Assembly: GCA_016200585.1 (NCBI GenBank)
Contig: JACQEN010000198.1
Span: forward strand, 1-57,884
Direction of reading: 5' to 3'
From: Deltaproteobacteria bacterium
GTDB taxonomy: Bacteria > Desulfobacterota > Binatia > HRBIN30
Length of the DNA: 57,884 bases
Shown here: positions 17,877 to 27,819 of the stretch, in pieces
Numbering within the stretch: the first letter of the stretch is position 1
How the letters are laid out: every line of letters starts with the position of its first letter
Translations under genes and position numbers: made by a program
Notes under the pieces: model-generated
Database searches by the model: none
Seen by the model: the letters and a program-made list of their open reading frames with translations, nothing else
What the model was told of the DNA's origin: nothing

Positions 17877-20105
17877 ATGGCAACTCTCTCTGCGACCGTC
17901 GACGAGCTCATCGAAGCCTACGGTCCACACCTGAGCTTCGAGCCGCCGGGTGGTTTTGCGAACCGTGGCGCCGTCGATCGGCGCGTCGAGACCCACTGTT
18001 GCTTCTGCGGCCAGCAGTGCGGCGTCAAGCTGCTGGTGAAGGACGAGAAAGTCGTCGGCGTCGAGCCGTGGGAAGAGTTTCCGTTCAATCGCGGCAAGCT
18101 CTGCCCCAAAGGCGTGAAGCGCTACCTGCAAAACAATCATCGCGACCGCTTGCTCCACCCGTTGGTGCGGACCGGTCGGGGATTTGCACGGATTCCGTGG
18201 GACGAAGCGCTCGACCTGGTTGCCGAGCGCTTCGAACGGCTGCAGCGGGCGCACGGCCGCGACAGTGTCGCGGTGTTGTCGGGGGCGTCGCTCACCAACG
18301 AAAAGGCATACCTCATGGGCAAGTTCGCGCGGCTTGCGGTCGGTACGCGACACATCGACTACAACGGTCGCTTGTGCATGGTCGCCGCCGGCGCCGCGAA
18401 TCTCAAAGCCTTTGGAATCGATCGCGCTGCCAACCCGTGGGCCGACATTGCCGCGACGGATTTGATCCTGGTCGTCGGCGCCAACGTCTCGGAGTGCAGC
18501 CCGATCACCACCGACTACATCTGGCGGGCCCGCGATCGTGGAGCACGGCTGATCGTCATCGACCCGCGGTTGACGCCGATTGCGCGCACATCGGATCTCT
18601 ACTTGCCGGTGCGGCCCGGCCGCGACTCGGCGCTGATGAACGCAATCCTGCACGAAGTTGTTCGACTGGGCGGAGTCGACCACGAGTTCATTGCGCAGCA
18701 CACCTCAGGCTTCGAAGAGCTACAGCGCACGATCGCACACTACGCGCCGGAGAGCGTGGCGCAGGAAGTCGGCATTCCGGCGCGACGCATCGTCGAGGCG
18801 GCGCAGATGTGGGTACAAGCGCCGCGCACGATGCTGTTGCACGCGCGCGGCATCGAGCATCACACCAAAGGTGTCGAGAACGTGCTGTCGTGCATCAACC
18901 TGGTGCTGGCCACCGGCAAGATCGGCAAGCCGGGTTGCGGCTACGCGACGATCACCGGACAGGGCAACGGTCAGGGCGCGCGCGAGCAGGGGCAGCGCTG
19001 CAATCAGTTGCCGGGTGCCCGCGATGTCGAGAATCCGCAGCATCGCGCTGTGGTCGCAGAACGTTGGGGTGTTCCCGAGAGCCGCATCCCGGCGAAGGGC
19101 GCGAGTGCGCCGGAGATCATCGAGATGAGCCACCGCGGTGAAATCCGCGGGCTGCTGTCGATGTGCTTCAATCCACTGGTCTCGCTGCCGGATGCAAGCT
19201 TCACGCGCGCCGCATTGGAGCGCCTCGACTTCTACGTTGCGATCGACTTCTTCCTGTCCGAGACGGCTCGGCACGCCGATCTCGTCCTGCCCGGCTCGCT
19301 TCAGGAAGAGGACGAAGGCACGGTAACCAATGTCGAAGGGCGCGTCCTGCGCCTTCGCAAGGCCGTTGAGCCGCCGGGCGAGGCGCGACCCGATTGGCAG
19401 ATCATCTGCGACCTGGCGCGACGATTCGGAGCCGGCGAGCACTTTGCGTTCTCCGGTCCGGCAGCTGTCTTCGACGAGCTGCGGCGGCTCTCCGCCGGTG
19501 CTGTCGCCGACTATTCCGGCATCACCTACGACAAGATCGACCGCCAAATGGGTGTGTTCTGGCCGTGTCCGGACGACGACCATCCCGGGACGCCGCGTTT
19601 GTTTGAAGGCGGTCGTTTTGCGCACGCCGACGGCCGGGCGCGTTTTCACGCCGTCGAGTATCGTCCGCCGGCGGAAGAGGTCGACGCCGAGTATCCGATC
19701 ATTCTGACGACCGGACGCGTCGTCTCACAGTTTCTGTCGGGGACGCAAACGCGCCGCATCGGTCCGCTCGTCGCCCATCAACCGGAGCCGTTCGTCGAAA
19801 TGCACCCGCGCCTGGCGGCGAAGCTCGACGTTGCCGACGGCGACCGTGTGCGTGTGGTCAGCCGGCGCGGCGTGCTCGTGTTGACCGCGCAAGTGGTGGC
19901 GACGATTCGACCGGACACCGTTTTCATTCCCTATCACTGGCCCGGCGAGCGCTCGGCGAATCGGCTGACGCTACGTGCCTACGATCCGATCGCCAAGATT
20001 CCGGAGTTCAAGGTGTCGGCGGTGCGCATCGAGAAGATTGCAGCACATGCCGGCCGGACGGGTGCGCTGCCGCGGTTCGCGGCGGCAGAGGCGAGCGAAC
20101 CATGA
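17877..20105 (+). CDS. nasA: Mo-bisPGD nitrate reductase catalytic subunit (Nas/NarB type)
   Basis: [10 protein letters not shown]...LCPKG 4Fe-4S motif; NGRLCM Mo-ligand motif (Cys-Met, nitrate reductase type); TGQGNGQG; LTTGR; PEFK. No Tat signal. Confidence 0.85.
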   Translation: MATLSATVDELIEAYGPHLSFEPPGGFANRGAVDRRVETHCCFCGQQCGVKLLVKDEKVVGVEPWEEFPFNRGKLCPKGVKRYLQNNHRDRLLHPLVRTGRGFARIPWDEALDLVAERFERLQRAHGRDSVAVLSGASLTNEKAYLMGKFARLAVGTRHIDYNGRLCMVAAGAANLKAFGIDRAANPWADIAATDLILVVGANVSECSPITTDYIWRARDRGARLIVIDPRLTPIARTSDLYLPVRPGRDSALMNAILHEVVRLGGVDHEFIAQHTSGFEELQRTIAHYAPESVAQEVGIPARRIVEAAQMWVQAPRTMLLHARGIEHHTKGVENVLSCINLVLATGKIGKPGCGYATITGQGNGQGAREQGQRCNQLPGARDVENPQHRAVVAERWGVPESRIPAKGASAPEIIEMSHRGEIRGLLSMCFNPLVSLPDASFTRAALERLDFYVAIDFFLSETARHADLVLPGSLQEEDEGTVTNVEGRVLRLRKAVEPPGEARPDWQIICDLARRFGAGEHFAFSGPAAVFDELRRLSAGAVADYSGITYDKIDRQMGVFWPCPDDDHPGTPRLFEGGRFAHADGRARFHAVEYRPPAEEVDAEYPIILTTGRVVSQFLSGTQTRRIGPLVAHQPEPFVEMHPRLAAKLDVADGDRVRVVSRRGVLVLTAQVVATIRPDTVFIPYHWPGERSANRLTLRAYDPIAKIPEFKVSAVRIEKIAAHAGRTGALPRFAAAEASEP

Positions 20106-20713
20106 TCCACGACCTGTTCATCGACGCCAATCGCTGCATCGGCTGTCGCGCTTGTGTGGAGGCGTGCAGCGAGTGCCCGAGTCACGGCGGTCAGTCGATG
20201 ATCCACCTCGACTTCCTCGACCGAACGCAAACGGTGCAGACGGCGCCGACCGTCTGCATGCATTGCGTCGATCCGTCGTGTGCTGCCGTGTGTCCGGCCG
20301 ATGCCATCAAGATCGACGACAACGGAGTGGTGATGACGGCGATGCCCGAGCGTTGCATCGGCTGCGGCAATTGTTCCCTGGCGTGCCCGTTCGGGGTGCC
20401 GCAACTGCACGTCGAAATCGATCTGATGATGAAGTGCGACCTTTGTTACGATCGCACCTCCGCCGGTTTGAAGCCGATGTGCGCCACCGTGTGTCCTTCC
20501 GGGGCCCTGTACTACGGCACGCGCGACGAGATCGAGGATCTGCGGCGGACGCGCGCAACGAATACGTTTGCGTTCGGCGATGCGGCGGTGTCGACACGCA
20601 ACCACCTCATGGCGCCGGCGGGCACCGCCTCGATCCACATCCACGACGGGGCAGGGCATTCGGGCCGCGGCTTGTCGCGTGCCGAGCAACAGTTGGGGGA
20701 GGCTCTGTGTTGA
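20102..20713 (+). CDS. 4Fe-4S dicluster electron-transfer subunit (DmsB/NrfC-like)
   Basis: [36 protein letters not shown]...P.CATVCP. Confidence 0.92.
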   Translation: MIHDLFIDANRCIGCRACVEACSECPSHGGQSMIHLDFLDRTQTVQTAPTVCMHCVDPSCAAVCPADAIKIDDNGVVMTAMPERCIGCGNCSLACPFGVPQLHVEIDLMMKCDLCYDRTSAGLKPMCATVCPSGALYYGTRDEIEDLRRTRATNTFAFGDAAVSTRNHLMAPAGTASIHIHDGAGHSGRGLSRAEQQLGEALC

Positions 20714-21153
20714 AGAAGCCGGAGGTCTTTCCGGTCGCCTTGGCTTCCGAACGGGTGCTCGATCGCCGTCGGTTTCTTTGTGCCGCCGGTGGCGCGGCAG
20801 TCCTGGCGCTGGCCGGCGAGTGGGGCGCCAAGCGCGCCGAAGAAGGTTCGCAAGCCGAAGCGCTGGCGCTGCAACTCGACGAAACGCCGTTGGCCGTCGG
20901 TGAGGCGCGCACGGTTACGGCCACCGGTGGTGCAGAGGCGCTGGTCGTTCAAGTCGACGCGTCGACGCTGGTTGGGTTCGATCGGCGCTGTCCGCATCTC
21001 GGCTGTCCGGTTCTTTGGGTGAAAGAGCACACTCGTTTCGAGTGCCCGTGTCATCACGCGGCATTCGACGCACGCAGTGGAGAGGTGTTGTTTGGTCCGC
21101 CGCGACACGGGCTCAGGCCGGCGCGGCTCGTAACGAAAGCCCGCAAGGTGTGA
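20710..21153 (+). CDS. Rieske 2Fe-2S protein with a twin-arginine-like N-terminus
   Basis: DRRRFL followed by a hydrophobic stretch; CPHLGC and CPCH boxes; GPP motif. This is the C-terminal part of ORF 19975-21153; start at TTG 20710 or GTG 20707 after GGAGG. Confidence 0.88.
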   Translation: MKKPEVFPVALASERVLDRRRFLCAAGGAAVLALAGEWGAKRAEEGSQAEALALQLDETPLAVGEARTVTATGGAEALVVQVDASTLVGFDRRCPHLGCPVLWVKEHTRFECPCHHAAFDARSGEVLFGPPRHGLRPARLVTKARKV

Positions 21154-21197
21154 GTCGAAGGGTCGGCGGCGAGGAAAGAAGGAAGAGGAGGTTGTTC

Positions 21198-22478
21198 ATG
21201 TCACGACGAAAGCAACGCTCACAGCCAGCAACCGGAGGGGTTTCGCGGCGACGGTTTCTCAAGGTGGCCGGGGGAACGATGGGCGCACTCATGGCGGGAT
21301 TGCCGCGCGGCTGGGTCGGCCGCGTCTATGCGGCGGACGGTCCGGAAACGTCGCAGATCCGTTTCGGGATCATCGCGCTGACCGACTGCTCGTCGATCGT
21401 CATGGCGCACGAGCTCGGGCTGTTCAAGAAGTACGGCATCGAGTCGACGATCTCGAAGGAAGCTTCGTGGGCGGTGATACGCGATCGCCTGTCGCTGGGC
21501 GAGAATCAGGCGACGCACATGCTCTACGGCATGCCGTACGGGTCGACGATGGGGCTCGGAGGGTCGCCCAAAAGGCCGATGGTCATTCCGTTCTGTCTCA
21601 ATCGCAACGGCCAGGCGATCACCCTGAACAAGAAGCTGCGCGACGCCGGTGTGCGCAAGCCGCAAGACATCAAACCTCTGGCCGAAGAAGCGAAGAAAAA
21701 TGGATCGCCGCTGACTTTCGCCATGACCTTCCCGACCGGCACGCACGCCATGTGGATCCGCTATTGGCTGGCGTCCGGCGGCATCAACCCGGACAAGGAT
21801 GTCACGCTCATCACCATCCCGCCTCCGCAAATGGTGTCGAACATGAAGGTCGACAAGATGCAGGGCTTCTGTGTCGGCGAGCCGTGGAACGCGCGCGCCA
21901 TTGCCGACGACATCGGCTTCACCGCGATCACTTCGCAGCAGATCTGGAAGGATCACCCGGAGAAGGTTCTGGCCTTCACCGAGGAGTTTGCCGAAAAGAA
22001 TCCCAAGACGGTCAAAGCGATCTTGCGAGCCATGATCGAGTCGAGCCAGTTCATCGACAAGCTCGACAACCGGCCGCAGGTTGCGGAGGTCGTGTCGCGG
22101 CCGCAGTACATCAACTGCGAGCCCGGCGTGATCCTCGGCCGCTTGCTCGGAAAGTACGACTACGGCGACGGGCGCAGCGAGCAAGATCCGTCGTACATGA
22201 CGTTCTACGACCGCCAGACCAATTTCCCGTGGAAGTCGCATGGGCTGTGGTGGCTGTCGCAGTTCCGCCGCTGGGGCATGGTTGGCGGCGACCTCGATTA
22301 CAAGGGCGTCGTCAACAAAGTGCACCGGCCCGATCTCTTTCGCGCGGTGGCGAAGGAGGTCGGCGTCGACGCTCCGGCCGAGGATTTGAAGAGCGAAGCC
22401 TTCTTCGACGGCGGGACCTTCGATCCCAACGAGCCCGAAAAATACGCGACCGGTTTTCCGGTGCACAACCTGGTTTGA
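21198..22478 (+). CDS. nrtA: Nitrate ABC transporter substrate-binding protein (Tat-exported)
   Basis: SRRRFLK Tat motif, GIIALTDC, NGQAIT, TFPTGTH, GFCVGEPW, HPEK; SD GAGGAGG. Confidence 0.9.
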   Translation: MSRRKQRSQPATGGVSRRRFLKVAGGTMGALMAGLPRGWVGRVYAADGPETSQIRFGIIALTDCSSIVMAHELGLFKKYGIESTISKEASWAVIRDRLSLGENQATHMLYGMPYGSTMGLGGSPKRPMVIPFCLNRNGQAITLNKKLRDAGVRKPQDIKPLAEEAKKNGSPLTFAMTFPTGTHAMWIRYWLASGGINPDKDVTLITIPPPQMVSNMKVDKMQGFCVGEPWNARAIADDIGFTAITSQQIWKDHPEKVLAFTEEFAEKNPKTVKAILRAMIESSQFIDKLDNRPQVAEVVSRPQYINCEPGVILGRLLGKYDYGDGRSEQDPSYMTFYDRQTNFPWKSHGLWWLSQFRRWGMVGGDLDYKGVVNKVHRPDLFRAVAKEVGVDAPAEDLKSEAFFDGGTFDPNEPEKYATGFPVHNLV

Positions 22479-22491
22479 GGAGGCGTGCGCG

Positions 22492-23265
22492 ATGCGCAAA
22501 CGATTTGAGATGGGAGCCGTCGTCTTGCCGTTGCTGGGCATCGGCCTGGTGCTGTTGGTGTGGACGATCGTCAGCCAAACGGTCGCTCCGGATTTGCCGT
22601 CGCCGCTGCGGACCTGGCACGAATCGCGGCCGTACATCGTCCGTCCGTTCTTCAAGGACGGCGAGATGAACCAGGGGATCGGCCGCTTTGCGATTCTCAG
22701 CTTGGTGCGCGTCGCCAAGGGCTTCCTGCTGGCCATCGTGCTCGGGACGCCGCTCGGATTCTTGCTCGGACTGTCGCGGGCGTTCTACCGCGCCTTCGAT
22801 CCGATCATTCAAATTCTGCGCCCGATCTCGCCGTTGGCGTGGTTGCCGCTGGGGTTGATCATCTTCCAGCGTTCCGAGCCGGCCGCGGTATTCACGATTG
22901 CGCTGTGCGCCATGTGGCCGACGGTGATCAACACGGCGGTGGGCGTGCGCAACATCAACCCCGACTACTGGAACGTCGGCCGCGTCTTGCGGCTGTCGCC
23001 GTGGAAGATGCTGCGCAAGATCATCATCCCGGCCAGCATGCCGTACGTGTTCACCGGCTATCGGCTGTCGCTGGGTATCGCTTGGTTGGTGATTGTCGCT
23101 TCCGAAATGCTCACCGGCGCACCGGGCGTCGGCGGGTTTCTATGGCAGGAGTACAACAGCCTGGTCTACTCGCACATCCTGCTGTCGATCGTCACCATCG
23201 GTCTCATCGGCTTTGCCCTGGATCGCCTGATGGGACTGGCGGAGCGCCGCTTTCAAACCGTTTGA
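22492..23265 (+). CDS. nrtB: Nitrate ABC transporter permease
   Basis: LRPISPLAWLP, WPTVINTAVG, IAWLVIVASEML. Confidence 0.92.
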   Translation: MRKRFEMGAVVLPLLGIGLVLLVWTIVSQTVAPDLPSPLRTWHESRPYIVRPFFKDGEMNQGIGRFAILSLVRVAKGFLLAIVLGTPLGFLLGLSRAFYRAFDPIIQILRPISPLAWLPLGLIIFQRSEPAAVFTIALCAMWPTVINTAVGVRNINPDYWNVGRVLRLSPWKMLRKIIIPASMPYVFTGYRLSLGIAWLVIVASEMLTGAPGVGGFLWQEYNSLVYSHILLSIVTIGLIGFALDRLMGLAERRFQTV

Positions 23266-23280
23266 GGCAGGGAGGAGATC

Positions 23281-24105
23281 ATGGCGTTCTTGGAATTGCG
23301 CGGTGTCGGCAAGAGCTACTGGACCCCACGCGGCTGGTACAGTGTGCTCGACAATCTGAATTTGGACGTCGAAGCGGGCGAGTTCGTTTGCATCGTCGGC
23401 TACTCGGGATCGGGAAAGACGACGCTGGTGTCGCTGATTGCCGGCCTGATGCAGCCGGATTGCGGCGAAATCCGGCTCGGCGGTGAGCTGGTGCGCGGAC
23501 CGGGTCCGGATCGCGGCATCGTGTTTCAGAACTACTCGCTGCTTGCCTGGATGAGCGTGTTCGAGAATGTCTACCTCGCGGTCGATGCGGTCTCGCCGCA
23601 GCTCTCGGCGGCACAGAAGCGCGAGCGTACCGACCACTTGATTGCAACGGTCAACCTCAGTGCGGCGGCGCACAAGCGTCCGCACGAGCTCTCCGGCGGC
23701 ATGCGCCAGCGTGTCGCCGTGGCGCGCGGCCTGGCGATGAATCCGCAGCTGCTGCTTCTCGACGAGCCGTTCAGCGCCCTCGACGCATTGACGCGCGCAA
23801 CCTTGCAGACGGAGCTGGCGCGCCTTTGGATGGAAGAGCGCAAGACCGTGGTGATGATCACCAACGACGTCGAGGAAGCCATCTTGCTCGCCGACCGCAT
23901 CTATCCACTGACACCGGGTCCGGCGGCGCATCTCGGCCCGGAAATCGTCGTCGATCTGCCGCATCCGCGTTCCAGCCGCGCGCTCAATCTGCAGCCCGGT
24001 TACCATCACGCTCGTCGCGACATCGTCGAGTTCCTCGCCAGTCAACGCCGCGCAACCAATCGCAGTGCGGCGCCTGAAACGCCGGCGCTGGCGGTGGCGT
24101 CATGA
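23281..24105 (+). CDS. Nitrate ABC transporter ATP-binding protein 1 (NrtC/D family)
   Basis: GYSGSGKT, VFQNYSL, LSGGMRQR, LLLDEPF; the H-loop reads ITND. Confidence 0.92.
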   Translation: MAFLELRGVGKSYWTPRGWYSVLDNLNLDVEAGEFVCIVGYSGSGKTTLVSLIAGLMQPDCGEIRLGGELVRGPGPDRGIVFQNYSLLAWMSVFENVYLAVDAVSPQLSAAQKRERTDHLIATVNLSAAAHKRPHELSGGMRQRVAVARGLAMNPQLLLLDEPFSALDALTRATLQTELARLWMEERKTVVMITNDVEEAILLADRIYPLTPGPAAHLGPEIVVDLPHPRSSRALNLQPGYHHARRDIVEFLASQRRATNRSAAPETPALAVAS

Positions 24106-25028
24106 ACGAGCGCTTCGTCGAGCTGACGCAGCTGGGAAAGAGCTACGACACCCCATCGGGCTCGGCGGTGATCGTACGCGACTTCAACTTGCGCATCCGA
24201 GAAGGCGAATTCGTCTGTCTCATCGGACACTCCGGTTGCGGCAAGTCGACCGTATTGTCGATCCTCATGGGGCTGAACAGTCCAACCGAAGGTGGGGCCA
24301 TTGTTGCAGGCCGTGAGGTCGACGGCCCCGGTCTGGAGCGTGGGATCGTCTTCCAATCCGCCGCGTTGCTGCCGTGGTTGACGGTGCGCGACAATGTCCT
24401 GCTGGCGGTCGAGCAGGTGGCGAGATTTGAAAGCCGCGCGCAGCAAATCGAGCAGGCGGAAGAAGCGCTGCGTCTCGTCGGTTTGGACGAACAAGGCGAG
24501 CACTATCCGAATGAGCTTTCCTCGGGGATGCGCCAGCGTGTCGGGATTGCCCGGGCGTTGGCCGTTCATCCCAAGGTGCTGTTGCTCGACGAGCCGTTCA
24601 GCTTGCTCGATGCGCTGACGCGCATGGAGCTGCAGGACGAGCTCATGCGCCTCTGGGAGCGTGATCAGAAGACCGTGGTCATGGTGACGCACGACGTCGA
24701 CGAAGCTTTGCTGCTGGCGGATCGCGTCGTGATGATGACCAGCGGACCGGCGGCGACGGTCGGTGACATCCTGACCGTGCCGCTGGACCGCCCGCGGCGC
24801 CGCGAGGCCCTCGTCGACGATCCGGTGTACTACGCGGCGCGCGAGCAGCTGTTGGCTTTCCTGGATGGCAATGCCGCAACCAGCGTGTCGGATGTGCCGC
24901 CGTTGTCATCCGTGTCGAAAGCGCTGACGACACGTGACCGGCAACTTGCGGCGCGGCGCGGCGAGCGCGACAGCGCCGACGGTACCGAACAAATCGCAAT
25001 TCGCGGGACTGCCTCGGTCGCTGTCTGA
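24102..25028 (+). CDS. Nitrate ABC transporter ATP-binding protein 2 (NrtC/D family)
   Basis: GHSGCGKS, LSSGMRQR, LLLDEPF, VTHDVDEA. Confidence 0.92.
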   Translation: MNERFVELTQLGKSYDTPSGSAVIVRDFNLRIREGEFVCLIGHSGCGKSTVLSILMGLNSPTEGGAIVAGREVDGPGLERGIVFQSAALLPWLTVRDNVLLAVEQVARFESRAQQIEQAEEALRLVGLDEQGEHYPNELSSGMRQRVGIARALAVHPKVLLLDEPFSLLDALTRMELQDELMRLWERDQKTVVMVTHDVDEALLLADRVVMMTSGPAATVGDILTVPLDRPRRREALVDDPVYYAAREQLLAFLDGNAATSVSDVPPLSSVSKALTTRDRQLAARRGERDSADGTEQIAIRGTASVAV

Positions 25029-25073
25029 ACCAGGGCGCGACGGTCGAACGCCCTCAAACAAAGGAGATGGAAC

Positions 25074-26558
25074 ATGAAGGCGACAGTGTGTCGTACACTG
25101 GTGGTGTACCTATGCCTTGCCGGCCTGCCGAGAATGGGACACGGCGAGATTACGGTCGATTCGATTTCGCCGAAATTGTCGGTGGCGGCCAGTCTGCGGA
25201 CTCGCTGGGAGTTGTGGAACTGGTTCGAACCGACGGGTACGCAGAACAACGACTACGACTTCATTGGAGCGGTCGGGCGTGCTTCGGTGAAGTGGAAGGA
25301 CGATCCGTTCGAGTTGTTTGTCGAAGGGCAGAGCTCGGCGCTCATCGACTTGCCGACGACAGCCAGCGCGCCGGCGCCGCAGGGCAACCTCGGGTTGGGC
25401 GGCGTCTACTTTCAGCACAATCGCCGGCGCAACGACGCCAGCGTGTTTCTCAAGCAGGGCTACCTGACGTTGAAACAGCTTGGGCTTCCGGGTCTGTCGA
25501 TCAAAGGCGGACGATTCGAGTTCTCCGAGGGCAACGAAGTGCTGAGCGGCGATGCCAGTGTCGATTGGTTGAAGAACACGCGTCTCGCCCAGCGTCTGAT
25601 CGGGTCGTTTGGATGGTCGGACGTCGGCCGTGCTTTCGACGGCGGAGTGGTGGCGTTCAATCGCGCTCCGATCAACGTCACGCTCATGGCCTCGCATCCG
25701 ACCGAAGGCGGTTTCGATCTCAACGGCATGCACAGCATCGACGACATCGACCTCGGCTACGCCGCCCTGAACTTTACCAAGCTGCGGGCCTCGTCGAGCA
25801 GCGATGCGCGGCTATTCTACATCTACTACGACGATCGGCGGCACCAGACGAAATCGGACAACCGGCCGCTGGCGGCACGCAACAACGCGACGGAGCGCAG
25901 CGCCGACATCAACCTGCACACCGGTGGCGGCCATTTGATTCACGTGGCGAGCACGCCGTTCGGGTCGGTCGACGGTATGCTGTGGGGCGTTCTGCAAGGC
26001 GGGGATTGGGGACGGCAGAGCGACTTTGGCTGGTCATGGGACGTCGAAGCCGGCTGGCAACCGGCGCTGCCGTGGAAACCATGGATCCGTGCCGGCTACA
26101 CACGCAGCTCCGGCGACGACAATCCGAACGACGACAAGCACAAGACTTTCTTTCAGATCCTACCGACGGCGCGCATCTACTCCTTCTCGACCTTCTACAA
26201 TCTGATGAACACGCAGGATGCGTTCGGGTCGCTCTTGCTGCGTCCGATCACCGGCCTGGTGTCGCGTACCGAGTTGCACGTCCTGCGCCTCACCGAATCG
26301 CACGACCTCTGGTATCAAGGCTCGGGTGCAACGTTGAGCGACCGCAATCGCGCCGAAGGTTTCGGGTTTCCCGGCCGTCCGGCGAACGGACAACGCGAGC
26401 TCTTCACGTTGGTCGAGACATCGATCGGCTACGACTGGAACCGCTTTCTCAATACCAACCTCTACTATGGTCACGCCTTTGGGGGCGCCGTCGTCAACAA
26501 GATCTATTCCGGCAGTGACGCGGATTTCGGCTATCTCGAGCTCACGCTGAAGATCTGA
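25074..26558 (+). CDS. Outer-membrane beta-barrel, alginate export (AlgE-like) family; probable nitrate porin
   Basis: Signal peptide, R.R.E near the N-terminus, GRAFDG, SGDDNP.D...TF, alternating beta-strand pattern; last gene of the nitrate operon. Confidence 0.78.
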   Translation: MKATVCRTLVVYLCLAGLPRMGHGEITVDSISPKLSVAASLRTRWELWNWFEPTGTQNNDYDFIGAVGRASVKWKDDPFELFVEGQSSALIDLPTTASAPAPQGNLGLGGVYFQHNRRRNDASVFLKQGYLTLKQLGLPGLSIKGGRFEFSEGNEVLSGDASVDWLKNTRLAQRLIGSFGWSDVGRAFDGGVVAFNRAPINVTLMASHPTEGGFDLNGMHSIDDIDLGYAALNFTKLRASSSSDARLFYIYYDDRRHQTKSDNRPLAARNNATERSADINLHTGGGHLIHVASTPFGSVDGMLWGVLQGGDWGRQSDFGWSWDVEAGWQPALPWKPWIRAGYTRSSGDDNPNDDKHKTFFQILPTARIYSFSTFYNLMNTQDAFGSLLLRPITGLVSRTELHVLRLTESHDLWYQGSGATLSDRNRAEGFGFPGRPANGQRELFTLVETSIGYDWNRFLNTNLYYGHAFGGAVVNKIYSGSDADFGYLELTLKI

Positions 26559-26597
26559 AGGCACTTCGTCGTTCCCGACGGCATTTGATCCGCTCGC

Positions 26598-26645
26598 GCC
26601 GGAGGCTGGGAAGCCTCCGGCTACTGAGACGAAGCCCTTCGGGCT
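26598..26645 (-). repeat. GTAG-tagged REP-like palindrome with a second small hairpin
   Basis: GCCGGAGGCT-GGGA-AGCCTCCGGC followed by TAC (GTAG on the minus strand), then AGCCC-TTC-GGGCT. Confidence 0.65.
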
Positions 26646-26706
26646 CCAACCGCGTGCCGGCTTTTCCTTGCGCCGCGTGATGGCGCTGTGCTTACGCTGG
26701 TCGGCG

Positions 26707-27693
26707 ATGAGTGCTCTTGTCGACGCGTTTGCGCGCTTGCAGCCGGGGCGAAGAGTCCACGGGATCTCGGCCGTCCTCCTGCCATACATGCGTGAGGGAG
26801 AAATCGATTGGCAGTCGTTCGAAGCGCATCTGTGGCGCACCCGCCAGGCGGGGCTGGACGTTGCCGTCAACATGGACACCGGCTTTGTCGACCTGCTGAG
26901 CGAAGCGGAGCGTGATGCGGTTCTCGCCACAACGCGCCGCATTCTCGGGAGCGGCACTGCCTTCTATGCCGGTGCGTTTTCCGACGGCGGGGGCACGATC
27001 GAAAGCTATCATCGGGCAATCGCGGCAATCGAGACGCGCGGCGGCACGCCGGTGATCATCCAGTCGCGTGCCATGCATGGGATGGGGGCGGCGGACAAGG
27101 CGGCGCTCTACGCCAGCATCTGCGCGCGTTGCGAGACGGCTTTGGCATTCGAGCTGGGTCCGATGTTCGCTCCGCATGGCGAAATCTGGGACGATGAAAC
27201 TTTCCTGCGTCTGCTCGAGATTCCGAACCTACAGGGCTCCAAGCATTCGTCTCTCGATCGCAACGTCGAGCTGCGCCGGCTGGCGGCTCGCGATCGCAAG
27301 CGCGCTGATTTCCGCATCTACACCGGCAACGACTTGGCCATCGACATGGTCGTTTATGGCAGCGACTACCTGCTCGGCTTGTCGACCTTTGCACCGGAGA
27401 AGTTCGCCGCGCGCGACGCTGCGTTGGCCGGCGGCAGCATGACGTTTTTGACGTTGAACGATGCGCTGCAGCACCTCGGCAACGTCGGTTTCCGGATCCC
27501 GGTTGCGGCCTATAAGCACGCTGCGGCGCAGTACCTGCATCTCACCGGCGCTCTGCCGTCCGATGCCGTGCATCCGCGCGCCCTGCAGCGCCCCGGGTCG
27601 GACCGTATCCTGCTGCTCGACTGCGCCGTGCGCCTGGGGGATATCGACGATCCGGAGCGGACGTATCGCGAACGCGTCGTTCCTTACCTGTGA
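26707..27693 (+). CDS. DapA-like class I aldolase/lyase (dihydrodipicolinate synthase family)
   Basis: AVLLPY..GEIDW, AVNMDTG, Schiff-base Lys in GSKHSS, YTGND. Confidence 0.75.
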   Translation: MSALVDAFARLQPGRRVHGISAVLLPYMREGEIDWQSFEAHLWRTRQAGLDVAVNMDTGFVDLLSEAERDAVLATTRRILGSGTAFYAGAFSDGGGTIESYHRAIAAIETRGGTPVIIQSRAMHGMGAADKAALYASICARCETALAFELGPMFAPHGEIWDDETFLRLLEIPNLQGSKHSSLDRNVELRRLAARDRKRADFRIYTGNDLAIDMVVYGSDYLLGLSTFAPEKFAARDAALAGGSMTFLTLNDALQHLGNVGFRIPVAAYKHAAAQYLHLTGALPSDAVHPRALQRPGSDRILLLDCAVRLGDIDDPERTYRERVVPYL

Positions 27694-27709
27694 ACCGGCT
27701 CAGGAGTGT

Positions 27710-27789
27710 CCATGGATGAACCCGGATGAAGACGATTCCGAGAAGGCGTTTCGCTTTCCATCCGTGTACATCCATGTCTATGCGTGGTT
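27710..27789. repeat. Inverted decamer tandem-repeat element
   Basis: CATGGATGAA CCCGGATGAA ... CATCCGTGTA CATCCATGTC TATGCGTGG. Confidence 0.65.
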
Positions 27790-27819
27790 CCCAATCCTCG
27801 GGCGTTAGGAAATGTTGAG

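Noticed and set aside
17877-20105. Formate dehydrogenase, respiratory NarG or periplasmic NapA
   Set aside because: The Mo-ligand motif is RLCM (FDHs have Cys/Sec-His); the protein is far shorter than NarG; it lacks a Tat signal; and the context is assimilatory.
25067-26518. 483-aa same-strand ORF overlapping the porin gene
   Set aside because: Arg-rich alternative frame with no motifs; the 25074 frame has the signal peptide and barrel pattern.
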